DNA of 60,635 bases, the filler included, from Circinaria calcarea (Eukaryota), in NCBI GenBank assembly GCA_051942165.1. It is 11 parts of 11 records of this genome, joined end to end, with 100 filler letters (N's around TTAATTAATTAA, not from the genome) between each part and the next. Parts side by side here need not be neighbours in the genome. Positions count along the whole stretch, not along the records: positions 49,718 to 55,130 come from JAVECS010001909.1; positions 55,231 to 60,635 come from JAVECS010001910.1; 9 more parts are not named here. One strand, written 5' to 3'. The notes under the pieces are model-generated. The model saw only the letters and a list, made by a program, of their open reading frames with translations. It was not told the DNA's origin and did not search any database. The translations under genes and the position numbers were made by a program. Shown here piece after piece: positions 49,718-60,635 of this stretch (positions are counted from its first letter, which is position 1; each line of letters starts with the position of its first letter).

Positions 49718-49951
49718 ATAATATATAGAATGAATAAAAATAGAGTATTATAGAATTCTATCGTGTTTATATATAAAATTATATTATTATTTAATATTAA
49801 AACATAGATTATTAGGCGAGGTCTATTATATCTATCGCGGTTTACCATCATTGTCGCCAAGGCACTAAAAGTCTACTATTAAAGTCGTAACCTCGATCGG
49901 GGGCATTAAATTACGGGGGTCCCCCCGCAAGGCGAATCCTCCTGCGCGACA
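49718..49951. mobile_element. AT-rich, RIP-like degraded repeat, possibly an LTR edge
   Basis: Strongly AT- and TpA-rich stretch at the contig start, ending ...CTGCGCGACA (reverse complement TGTCGCG, resembling a fungal LTR terminus). No second copy in the window. Confidence 0.4.
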
Positions 49952-50222
49952 TAACCTCTCAGCCTCGACGCTAAGGTAAGTGATATTGGAGGGAGTTTCT
50001 GATGGTGGCTTATTACCGGAAGTGCATCATCGGCCGCTTTTTTGACGCCTAGGGCTGAAGAACCTCGGCGTTGGTAATTTCGAAAAGTCGAGGTAGCTAT
50101 ACGGCAACGAACGCCGAATATGCCCCTTCAAGATGTTTCTCACACATGGCTACATCTACTCCAAAGCATGTCTGTCATCTTAGAACATTTTGTTGGTTTG
50201 AAAGCTACTTTCGAAGCCCAAA

Positions 50223-51730
50223 ATGGCTCCGGCATCTAGAATCACTGAACTTGCAGTAATCATTGCTGAAAATACTGCTATTGTAGATAAATATCTGACC
50301 CTGAACAATCTTCCCAAGCCTTCGTTCGATGCCGACGGACCGGCAGCGGTACCAATATCTCCCAACGATGTGGATGTGCTTGCTGCTCAAGACAAGGTTG
50401 TTTCATCAACACTCGAACTTCATAATCTGATGAAAGGGCCCACGGAGTTGCTGATGGGTATTGGGGTGAGTTCAGCACCTGGGTTGTGCTCGCAATATCA
50501 AGAGTTTACTTTCGTAGGTCAACAGCCCGAATGATGCTTTGAGCCTTCATGCAATGTACCGATATAACATGTTCTCCGCATTCCCCTTGGACCAGAATAC
50601 TAGCTTCGAAGCTCTATCATCCAAATGTTGGCTGAATGAAGTCGACCTTCGCCGTCTTGTTCGTCATGCAATGACAAACCACATCTTTCAAGAGCGTGAC
50701 GGGAAGGTTGTACACTCAGCAGCAACAAAAGTACTTGCGCTAAATGAAAAAATGCGAGACGGCATCATGACTGAAGAGATGTTTCCTGGTGCGCCGCATG
50801 TAGGTTGATACTTGAGTTTGATATTACACGGCAATTGAGATTCCATACAGACAGTTGATGCATTACAAAAGTATGGCCAAGCAAAGGCACCACATGAATG
50901 CGTAAGTTCTTTGCATTCTCCACTCCATCAAAACGTATTAACAGCAAAACTGTCAGGGGTATACCTTAGGACACAAAACAGACAAGGGTATCTACGACTA
51001 CCTGAGTCAACTTCCTGAGCGCGCCCGTCGATACGCCGGAGCTATGAGTGGTTTCGCAGCAAGGACCAACGTTGAGACATTGGTAGAAGCCTTTGACTGG
51101 TCTTCTGCCCACCTCTGCGTAGACGTTGGTGGTGGGTGGGGCTCTGTCGCAATCGCTCTTGCTCAGCGCTTCCCAAATCTAAACGTCGTAGTTGAAGACC
51201 TTCCCCATGTGGTTGCGGATGGTCCTTCGCATGTTCCAGCAGACCTGTTACAAGTCAGATTTGAAGCTCGTAATATCAGAGAAGAGAAGGAAACCAACAA
51301 TGGTGCAGACGTCTACCTGTTTCGCCATGTATTCCACAACTTCCCAGATGAGAGTTGTGTTCAGATTTTACGCAACCAAGTGAACAGTATGTTGGCGTAG
51401 GGTATTACTGGTGGCGTTGCTGACTTGGTCAGGTCTGAAAGCCGGATCGTTGCGAGGGGGCGCCAGCCCACATTCTGATCCAAGACGCTGTCATTCCGGA
51501 GCCACGAAACGTGCTAACCCTGTATAAGGAGAAATTCCGACGGTGAGGTTTCTCGTCCGCTTTAATATATGTTTCTGACTCTAGCTAGATCAATGGACTT
51601 GATCATACTAACCTTCTTTGGTGCGAGAGAGCGCACCTTAAGTGACTGGACAACGATCATCAAGCAAGCGGATCCAAATTTGCAAGTCAATTATGGTGGT
51701 GCACCAAGTAACGTACTTGACATCGTTTAG
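50223..51730 (+). pseudogene. Fungal secondary-metabolite O-methyltransferase (Methyltransf_2 type), apparently frameshifted
   Basis: MAPASRITELAVIIAENT...LPKPSFDADGP, DLRRLVRHAMTNHIFQE, SAM motif VDVGGGWG, VEDLP, GADVYLFRHVFHNFPD, MDLIILTFFGARERT. A 19-nt extra segment at 51447-51465 breaks the LKAG-AHILIQD frame. Confidence 0.72.
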
Positions 51731-51911
51731 AATGGGCCGAAGCAGGTGGATGGAAAATGAATCTTTACCTTAATCTATCAAATCAGCCCGACTTGATGTT
51801 TGTGTTCAATACAGGTGGTCTATGATGGACTTGCCATACCGGGGGGTCTCTGTCTAGTGAAAATTTAGTTTTAAGTTTGAGGCACTTAGGAGCGGTTGTA
51901 TAAAGAGCCTA

Positions 51912-53735
51912 TCATGTCGGGAACGGCCATATTCGCCGTACCTCGTCGGCCGACTTCTGAGTTTCTAGGCGCGCAGCCATAAGCTCTAATAACGCCATGT
52001 TTTGTGATTGTTTTTCAGCCCAGTCTACTTCTGGAGAAACCCAACCTTCATCATCTGTGTCGAGATACTTCTTTGCGAATTCCTGTATTTCATGCCATTG
52101 AGTATATTCTGACAATTGCCGTTCGTAAGATGTAATATCTGCGGCAGTGAAATGGATTGGACACGGATCTAAAAGGCCTATTTGTTTCCAACATTCAAAG
52201 ATTCGGATAAGGCAGGTACGCAGAGGGATAATACCATCTTCCCATGTGTTTCCGCACCGCAAGAAGAGCTCTCGTAACGGTTCGAAAAATTCCCATTTAG
52301 CAGTATAAGCGTCGTGGTTATTAAGATACGTTGCGACCTCATAGGCTTTTGCATAGGTAGCCCTTTCTTTTTCAAATAAAGCAATCTCCTTCTCATCGGC
52401 GTCGAGGTCTTCAAAATTCGCTGGTAGCTTCGGAAGCCCTTTCCCGTCACTATACCCCTCTGGGGGTTTCAGGAATTCAGGCCACCGAACTTGTAGGAAT
52501 AGAGGAGAGATGGACATTGATTGCCAATCAATAAGACCAACTATTTGCGTGTGATCTTCTTACGACACGAATATATTGCCCATATGTAGGTCCGTGTGCC
52601 ACATGGTTGGCCTTGATCTGTCTATTAAAGGGGGATATTTTGTCAAGCTCGGTAATATCTTTGTCGTGACGTTAAGCACAGAAATGTGATCCTGTACTGC
52701 GCCGTGTAGTTGGAGAATCGTGTTTGCAGGTGGAGAGAGACATGTCTGAGCAGTAGATCTCCGTACTAGCCCTATCCCGTATTGCAAAAGAGTAGGCCCT
52801 GCCATGGCTAAGGGTTAACGCCAAGTAGATATTGTAGAATAGCTAGGATACTTACAAGGCCCGGCGTCAATGTCAACCTGGATATCGGCCGGAGACGTAC
52901 CATCAGTCCACGCCGGACCACACGCAGGACCGACACAAAACAACCCACTCGGGTCTACTGAGGAGTGTAGTAGAACCCGTTCGGATGCCTTCGAGATCGA
53001 GTGCCGAAAGTACAAGCTACCATACGCCGGTAGTTGAATATCTACAAGCTGGCGCTCCATTTTAGTTAGGCCTTTAATAAGTTGAAGATGGTCGGCCTCG
53101 GTGATATCATTCCAAACTTTGAATAGCTGGACACCAGGGGCTTTCTCCATTATGAGATATTCAGCACCGATTGGGTTTGACGCATCTGCACTCCACGCCA
53201 AAATCTTTGGTACTGGTAGTGTCGTATGAGAACTTACTAAGGACCAACGTTAAACCTTTAATCCTCATGTGATGAGGAAACACTTCACACCATATTGAAG
53301 AACAGCAGCTTCGGAGGCCGTAGAATACATTGCTCTTCCCGCGTTCGGACATGGAATCTTTGCGATCACTTCCACTCCGGTCTTTGTAGTTATCAGGAGG
53401 GCTTTGCTAAACCCTCCTTCCATCTTTTCAATCTTGGAAACAGGAGCCCCATCCTTTGTCACAGATGCAACAATCTCGCACAGCTTTTGGACGTTAAATT
53501 TGACACGTCGTTTCAATACCTGTTGCTCCTCATTCACCAGGAAACGGCCATTAGAATACTGAAAGAGCTCTTCCTCGGTAATCGGTACGCCTATCCCAGA
53601 TGTCAGAGGGTTTCAGCACTACACCGAAAGACACATACCCCGACATGAGATAGAGATATTCCTTGCTATTGGGTTTGAAGATCTGGGATTCCTTCCAGGA
53701 ATGCGCGCAAGAGCTTTGGCGATGGTTGCCCGCAT
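51912..53735 (-). pseudogene. AIM9/aminoglycoside-phosphotransferase-like kinase with in-frame stop
   Basis: EELFQYSNGRFLVNE, KMEGGFSKALL, VIAKIPCPNAG...TASEAAVL, AWSADASNPIGAEYLIMEKAPG, then WHTDLHMGNIFVS*EDHTQIVGLIDWQ with TAA at 52560-52562. Confidence 0.82.
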
Positions 53736-54729
53736 CGCGTTCTAACGATGATGCAGCAGTGAATACCAGAAAGAGGAATCACTACTTCGAGCAACTATCT
53801 TACGGCGAAACTAAGCACTTCGTAGACGGTAATTCGGCGTCACATGCTACCGCGTAGCCATGTAGCTATGCGGTAAATGCGCCTTCAGCCATCATTGCTA
53901 AAAGCACGGAATCGAGGAGGAAACGGAGTCATAGCATTCGAAGCGCAGAAATAGAGAGGATCTGAAGTACTAATACCTGATTTCTTCCAATGGTGCGCTG
54001 TACGAGATGCGGAAGTCTCGTATACACCGCATTGGGGAAGTCAACCAGAGAAAAAGTCGAGCCGAAACAGTTATCAGATCAAGCTAACAACTGTAGATCC
54101 GGATCTCGGAGCGGTTTCTGGAACGTGGGGTCTAGTTCCATGCGCTAAAGTGCTTATTTCTCAACATACTACGTAGTGCTGTACACATCAAGGGTATACG
54201 CTTTTACAGCCATCACTGGTATGGAGTGCTACCTCTTTGATCTTGTACGAACATAAATTGAACAATTTCTTATCACTACTACACATAATTCTGAATCTCG
54301 TTGACCATCTTCGACGGGAAGGGAAATTCATCGGAAGAAGGGGCTATGATGGCGAAGGCTCCTAGCAGGTGAAGATGCTACTGGTGAGCTCACTTATCGT
54401 ATCTTTTCTTGGAGCGACCGCACAGAGGCCATATATGAGACATGAAAAAGGTACACTTTCTACGACGGAAAAAGGCCCCCTAACGGCGTGATTGGCTTCG
54501 ATACTAGATAATGCTCAATCCTCCTATAGCCAAGCATGATGGATTCAACATGATCAGGCCGTCCGTCGCCTTGAAACAAAGAAGTCGCCACGCATGAGTG
54601 GAAGGGGGTGCTCTCGATGCAGGATGCTGTAACCTCCAACGCCGTAGAACCGTCTCATGCCTGTGTACTTCGTAACTCTTCTCATAAGCCGGTACAGTGG
54701 GCCCGCTCCATGTCCCAGGCTGTAATGTC

Positions 54730-55130
54730 TTAATTGTAGCTACGCATAGCATCTGCGACGGCCTAATAAGTACCTGCCCATCGTAGACCATTATACGTAG
54801 ACACTCACCTTCGTAGCCAGTCCCGCCCTTCAGGTCTTTCTGAAACGCATGTTGAACATCAAGCACCTTAGTGATGTGGGCCATACATAGCTTTGCTCCC
54901 TCGTTGACTGCCAACGCTTGAGCAGTACGGACCGCATTCTTGATCTAAGTACGGCGTCAGCGATGCTGGCTCTCATGGCGAAGCGAAAAAAAATTGCTAA
55001 CCTGTCTGCCGTTGAGAGTATGCTTGGCCAGCTTATCATAGTCCGACTCCTTGAAGACCGCAATCTCGACTCCGGCAATCTCTTTCACCTTGCCGATGAA
55101 CATCTGCCATACCGCCCGCTTGGCTTTCAT
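54730..55130 (-). CDS. C-terminal fragment of fungal AAA+ family ATPase (lid region), 5'-truncated
   Basis: KRAVWQMFIGKV...DYDKLAKHTLNGRQ / IKNAVRTAQALAVNEG...FQKDLKGGTGYE / DAMRSYN*. Introns 54945-55001 and 54753-54807. Confidence 0.85.
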
Positions 55131-55230
55131 NNNNNNNNNNNNNNNNNNNNNNNNNNNNNNNNNNNNNNNNNNNNTTAATTAATTAANNNNNNNNNNNNNN
55201 NNNNNNNNNNNNNNNNNNNNNNNNNNNNNN

Positions 55231-56925
55231 GGATGAGGATTGAATGACCCATATTAAAAGGATCTTCTTTTGAGAACTTGTGCTTGGCGGATTCTCTGGG
55301 TCAGGCTCACATTGGGCGTCGATAAGAGACCAGATCAGAGGCCAGGCAACGGCGATGCCGCTTCCACCTGCGACGATGATGGATAGATCGCTACCGTGTA
55401 GCAACTCAACAGCAGATTGAGAGCCGTAGGGCCCATCGATTCGGACAGCAACTGTGGCGTGGCCTTTTGCATAACGTAAAAGGTCTCCAGAGAAGCCGTC
55501 TTGAGCTCTGACGACGAGGTCAAGTTCAGCTGTCTCGGCATCAGGAGATGGGACGCGGGAGGCAATGGTGAAGGGGTGGGCTTGGATAATGTGTTTGCGA
55601 GAGAGGGAAGGAATGGTGAGGAAGATGTGGTGCGTCGGTTTCCAGCCATGGGTAATATTAGAACCTAGGATGTTGTGGAGGACTTGGTGATGATGTGATA
55701 TAGGGATGGTGACGTGTAATCTAACTGTTTCTTTATCTTCTGGAACGGATAGAGTTGCTCTAAAGGTCTTGGTCTTAAGGGTCATGCGATATATTAGTCT
55801 ATCAACGAGGAAGATGGCGAGGGCGATAGCGACGTAGACTCTGCTACCATGGTGATGGAACCATAGGAGAACGAGAGCGATCACTTGTAGAACCACGTGT
55901 AATCCAAGGAACAGTTCATACCACCTCTGGCGAAAGCTCCCTAGCGATGTAAAATATAAAGTCTCGTAAGCGACCAGAGCTCCAATTCCAAGGAGGATGA
56001 TTTTGCTGAGAAGAAATTTGGCAAGCGTAAACCCTGTGGGCCGAAGAAGCGTATACCAAACGCCTATCATTCCAACAGAATGCAGCACCGCCAGTAGACA
56101 CATGATTTCCCCAAGTCTCCTGTGCAGAATGTTAAGGGACTCGTATGAGTACCCGGTAAGGAGTTTAATGGGCTGGTTCTTAGCGGCGAATAGGTAGAGA
56201 AGAGGTAGATTAGCCACGAAGAGTAAAGACGTTCTATCTGCAAAAACGAATAACATGGGTACTGAAAATTGTATTCTATAGAACATGTAGAAGATGTTAA
56301 TTGCATAAAGGACGAGAATAGTAAGGGTGGTTGAATTAGACGGCAGAGTCTTGTCAACTATAGGGACTGGTTTGGGCTGATAGGTCAGCCATGCTCGCAC
56401 CCTCTTTCCCAAACTTGCTGAACGTTCGAGGCGCTTAGCATCTTGTGACAGTCGAAGCAAAGGAGTCTGCTCATCATTCCGACTATTCGACTTGAGCCCG
56501 ATGGATGGGCTAGCAGTACCTTCCAAGGTACTGCTAGATGAAGAAGATCCGGCTTGCTGGTACCCAGTTACATCCTCTGACTCTTTAACAGTCAACATCT
56601 GGTCAAGCTTCTCATCGGATATATCTCTTTGAATATGTCTGGCTGCTCTCTGCCTCTTATGCCACCGTACTAGTTTCCCACCCCAATGGAAGACCGTGAA
56701 GACCAGAACTAGGGTTGCAACCAGCACATGATAGCTCAATATAAACCTCCTCGAGAACAAAACGCCATCAATGAGTTTGCGAAAGCCGGGTTTACGGCCT
56801 TGAGGAGGTCCGCCTTCACTCAGAATCGAGAAGTCATCGCCAAAGACAGCGGATGTTTGTGATGTGATTCGAAGAGAGGCACGGAGAGCAGCACGCAGCT
56901 CTCCTTCAAGTATGGCATGATCCAT
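55231..56925 (-). CDS. Ferric reductase-like transmembrane flavocytochrome (FRE/NOX family), 3'-truncated
   Basis: TM helices with heme His motifs (LNILHRRLG, AVLHSVG, FLGLHVVL, WFHH), FAD-binding QAHPFTIAS, DGPYGS, NADPH-binding VAGGSGIA. Confidence 0.92.
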
Positions 56926-58229
56926 GGCGACAGGTATTTCGAGTACTCTGGATCACTTAAGACAGTTGGAGGTTGGCTACCTTCGAGGTCGAGTCGATGA
57001 CGACAGTATTTGGCTTATCCTAAATGTCTTGAAAGCGATAGCAATGAACAAGAGATATCCCACATAACAAAGCTCCCTCGTGTAGCTGCCCGAGGGAATC
57101 AGAGTCTACCTGGACACTGGCTGTTCATGTCTGTAGGTAGTCCAGTGCTGGCGATAAGATGTGTAGATAGCTTCTAGCCCTATTTCAGCCCTACGCCAAG
57201 CCTAGCTGAGGTTTTCCCTTTCATTATCAAAAGTAGCTATCAAAATGTATGCTGAAAGAGCCCATGGATTTATATGCATGAAGACTCGAAGAAGAGCCTA
57301 TTTGAAGTTCATATAAGTTGCTAATGTAGTTGTACAAGGAGCTCTGCGTTGTGCCGGCCCCCGCGCTCACACAAGGTTTCCAGCGAATATCAACAAGGAT
57401 ACGCTTTTCACAATTCAACGTCGACGTTCCAGTGAGCGTCGCAAGGAGCCTTAAGATACAGAAGATGTTTATGTTACGGATTGTAAAAGCTGTTTTATCC
57501 TGCTTTCCTATTGTCAATGGATGTTCCCACTTCTATTTCCAAGTACTCCGAAAAGCTTTCTGTGCTAATCAACTGCTCCTTTGCTTTGACGACGTCGTAT
57601 AAAAGTTCTCTTACCTGGTTCTCACTCAGCCAATCCGCACTGCTGTTGCATATACGGGCTTCATCTTTCTACCTTCACGACGTTCAATCTCCCAACGCCA
57701 ATCTGCTCTTTCTTGCCAAAGCTCTTACCGAAGTATGTTTGGCGTGGGCGTACTACAACTTGAGAGTCTTTATGTCTCTCTGGGTCACATCATTTTAGAC
57801 GGACTTTCTTTCAATGGATCCTACTCAACAATCCGCACCTGTGCTCCAGGAGTCTGGCCATTGTTGCGTAACGCCGATTGTGCAGATGAGGTAGCGATTG
57901 TTCAGAAGAGGAATAGGGTGAGGGCCACATCAGTTTCGGATGGAAGCGAAGATAATTATTCTACGGACTATAAGTTTTACATAGGTACTGTAGGACTCTT
58001 GGACATCACTGCTGGTCTAGCGGAGATTATAGTGCTTCTAAATGTAACAATTAAGCTGCGTTGGGAATGAAGAGAGAATGAGGAGTAAAGTTGAAACTGG
58101 TCAAGCCTCATGGCATCCGTGGAGACATACCAGTACCTGCCGCTCTGTACTTCTTCAGAGTTCGCGGCCGGTATTAACACAAGCAGCCACATCAGCTAGG
58201 ATCATGCGTGTTTATATCTCAAAATCAAT

Positions 58230-59600
58230 TTTCGTTAACACTTCGAAGGTCGATATCCACGGATACTTCCAAATATGAAGTTATCTCGGAATCCGGATCC
58301 AGCTCCTCGTTAGTCCAGCCGTTACCGAAATATACAAAACGATTTCCGCTTTAGGGCAGGTACTCATATTCCCAATTTACCCATCGAGGTTCGCGGTGGA
58401 CTATTGTAGAATGCGCCACACTTTCGGGCCGCAGACCATGAATACGACCACCGAGTTGCCCACCATTTGCCCATGAGGTACAATTATCCGCCAGTACCGT
58501 TGTTGGAAAATATGCATTGCAATCGGTAAACAAATCCGTTTGCAGCCTTATGTGAGAGCGCCATCGACTTGATTCCTTGGGGGCCATATATGAACAATGG
58601 GTTAGGGAAGCCGGGGGTTGCCATACCTCGATAAGTGTATGGAAAACCAAATTTGCCGTCAGGGTTTCATGCTGACTTCAGATTGATTCCTCTTGATCGA
58701 ACTGAAAACATAGGCGCGGAGTCGGTATTAGCACCATTAGCGCAGATGATAGCATCAACATTACGGACTTTGGCATCGACACTCTCGATACCATTCGCCG
58801 TGAACGATATGATTCGGTCTTGGATAAGGTCGACATATTCCTCACATCAGGCCTCCAGATGGCCTGGCCCGGAAGTCAATCAATAACAGTGGGGAGCGAA
58901 ATCTGGAATGATCCGTTCGAGTAGCTCAGGCCTTCGATGAACACATTGCACCGTGATTCTGATGAACTTTTCACGTAGACCGACGTGCTTCTTCGAACCT
59001 TTCAATGCGCTACCAAATCTCCGCCAATAGTGCAGATATGTTATGGACTTTCTTCCTTGCCAGAGGTATTCGGCGGTGTCACACCGAGACATGACAACTT
59101 ACAATGATGTACAGATACGTTGTCCAGTCCTTCTTAGATATTCGACAAGATTACGCGTAGGTTTCCTTCCGCAGAAAATTTCTTATCTTAATTGTCCAGT
59201 AGGCCACCGGTGTGCATGTAGTAGTACTCGGTAGCACGTAGACACCCGAATAATACCACAGTTCCCTGAGCGGCTATCCTTCCAGAGTCATGTGAAATCC
59301 CTTTCCCTACTCAAGAGACCTTTTCAAAACGCATCGCTTCAGCAGGAGCAGAAACATCGAGGCTGCATTCCCACGCAAAATGGTGCAGTGCCCCTCTTGA
59401 ATTGGAGCAGAGGCTCGGGAAATATAACCGTCTCATTCCGAGCGCCGCACCCCTCCCCGCTGTCCGGCGATGCTCGACTGCGTGGATAACTTCAAGAGCA
59501 TTTCCGTTTCGTTTACCATAGCCCACTGAGGAAAATTGGTCAAAAGTATATCGGCCACGTTCTTCCCAGGTCACTGATTCCGGTATACTGGAGCTGGGGG
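58230..59600 (-). pseudogene. Degenerate Baeyer-Villiger/FAD-dependent monooxygenase pseudogene
   Basis: Fragments in shifting frames: DLGRTW; YWRRFGSALKGS; PELLERIIPDFAPHCY*LTSGPGHLEA*CEEYVD; FTANGIESVD...VDAIICANGAN; GFPYTYRGMATPGFPN; FPTTVLADNCTSWANGG...GRIHGL...EPRWVNWEYEY; NRFVYFGNGWT. Multiple stops and an internal deletion. Confidence 0.8.
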
Positions 59601-60016
59601 ACGCCGAGCACAGGCTCTTCATCGGGAGTACGGGTAAGCGTGAGTTACGGTATGGAACATTTATCAAGCATCAACTGTCTGATCAAGATGTTCAGTGGAG
59701 AGAATGCGTCGGGCATTGAAGTTCGTGCTGGTTGGAAAGTCTCCACCGGAATGGCACAAGAGCGGTTTGAGACACTCTTCCCCGACTCCTTCTCATACAC
59801 CAAACTTCAAACACTCTACGCGACCATCGCAACATGTCGAGTTCAAGTGATCCACCCCATCATTGGGGTCAGAGCGCCAGGGCTTACTAGCAAGCTGTCT
59901 AAGATACCCATCGGTCAGGAGCACATTTCCAATTGTTCGCAAGGCTTGGATGAGGTTGGCGACAATGTTCCTGGAGCTCCACGGGATAGTTCTGCTTGCC
60001 CCAGATTTGCTGAGAC

Positions 60017-60635
60017 ATGGCCTTGTATACCTTATCTGGTGCGGGTACAGGGTTTCATGGGGGGTTCCTGGGTTGTTTCTTTACCCAATCCAACCATATC
60101 AACTTGAAGGATTTCTAACCCCATATAACCTCGACTGACTCCTACCCCGTTATCAAGCATCTCGCATCCATTTTGTCCCTCAGGGCAAGGATGGCCGTAC
60201 AGGGGAATGCTCCTGCCTTTTCTGACCTGTGGCTGTGCAGCGCCGCGTATGGTACAAACCTCCGGTACAGCGATTGCATTGAAGCGGCACGTCAGCTGTC
60301 AGACTCGCAGGATCCCACTTCCTATCATATCAATCAGAGGTATTATACCCCGTACAGCATCCCATTCAGCGTATCTCATGGTCAGTGATGTCGATGGCGG
60401 TGCTGCTCCGGGGTTAATTCGGTCCTAGGCCTCTGTCACATCTCAGTCGAAGCCGCTGGGCCGCAAGCCGACGGAAGGGTGAATATGGTGCCGAACCACT
60501 TTCGTGAAATGGCGGATCGGGTGGTGCGGCGATGCGTGGCCGGACAGTTTGGAATCGGTGGATTCGAGACTATTAGCTTCGGCAACTTGGTCAGCTACGT
60601 TCTCGACCGTAACAATGTTATGAGCAACGACCCTA
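60017..60635 (+). CDS. Cys-containing uncharacterised fungal protein, possibly disrupted; runs off window end
   Basis: CSAAYGTNLRYSDCIEAARQL...PYSIPFSVSHG. Intron 60381-60428 joins to LCHISVEAAGP...VPNHFREMADRVVRRCVAGQFGIGGF. The upstream in-frame ATG at 60017 is separated by a TAA at 60116, so the start is uncertain. Confidence 0.55.

Noticed and set aside
49718..60635. OMT + kinase + ferric reductase + monooxygenase as one biosynthetic gene cluster
   Set aside because: Spans a linker (two unrelated contigs), no PKS/NRPS core is present, and several genes are broken.

Overview
Eukaryotic, fungal (Pezizomycotina-type) DNA, and not one continuous locus. Eleven unrelated ~5.4 kb contigs, sorted by decreasing length, are joined by ten artificial 100-nt linkers (N44-TTAATTAATTAA-N44), so adjacency across a linker is meaningless. 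Recognisable, mostly intron-containing genes: acuK/ERT1 Zn2Cys6-PAS transcription factor, a DHA1-type MFS transporter, an SDR oxidoreductase, a G-patch protein, a J-domain protein, a HeLo-like/STAND-N-terminal plus C2H2-like fusion protein, an intron-containing tRNA-Ser(AGA), a DUF3237 protein, a large acidic repeat protein, an ARO3-type DAHP synthase, cytochrome c1, an F-box-like protein, a Gly-rich secreted protein, APC1/bimE, a class I G-alpha, the USE1 SNARE, the end of an AAA+ ATPase and a ferric reductase. Several genes are disrupted: an O-methyltransferase, an AIM9/APH-like kinase, a Baeyer-Villiger-type monooxygenase and an unknown gene. The most notable signal is a 188-bp miniature inverted-repeat element at 22864-23051 with CAC...GTG termini and a 5-bp target-site duplication (Transib/CMC-like signature). 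Also notable are a stop-free in-frame GC-AG intron in the G-alpha gene, a frameshifting 19-nt insertion in the OMT that supplies a possible rescue acceptor, and the NLR-effector/zinc-finger fusion. All assignments come from manual translation and motif recognition; no searches were run.
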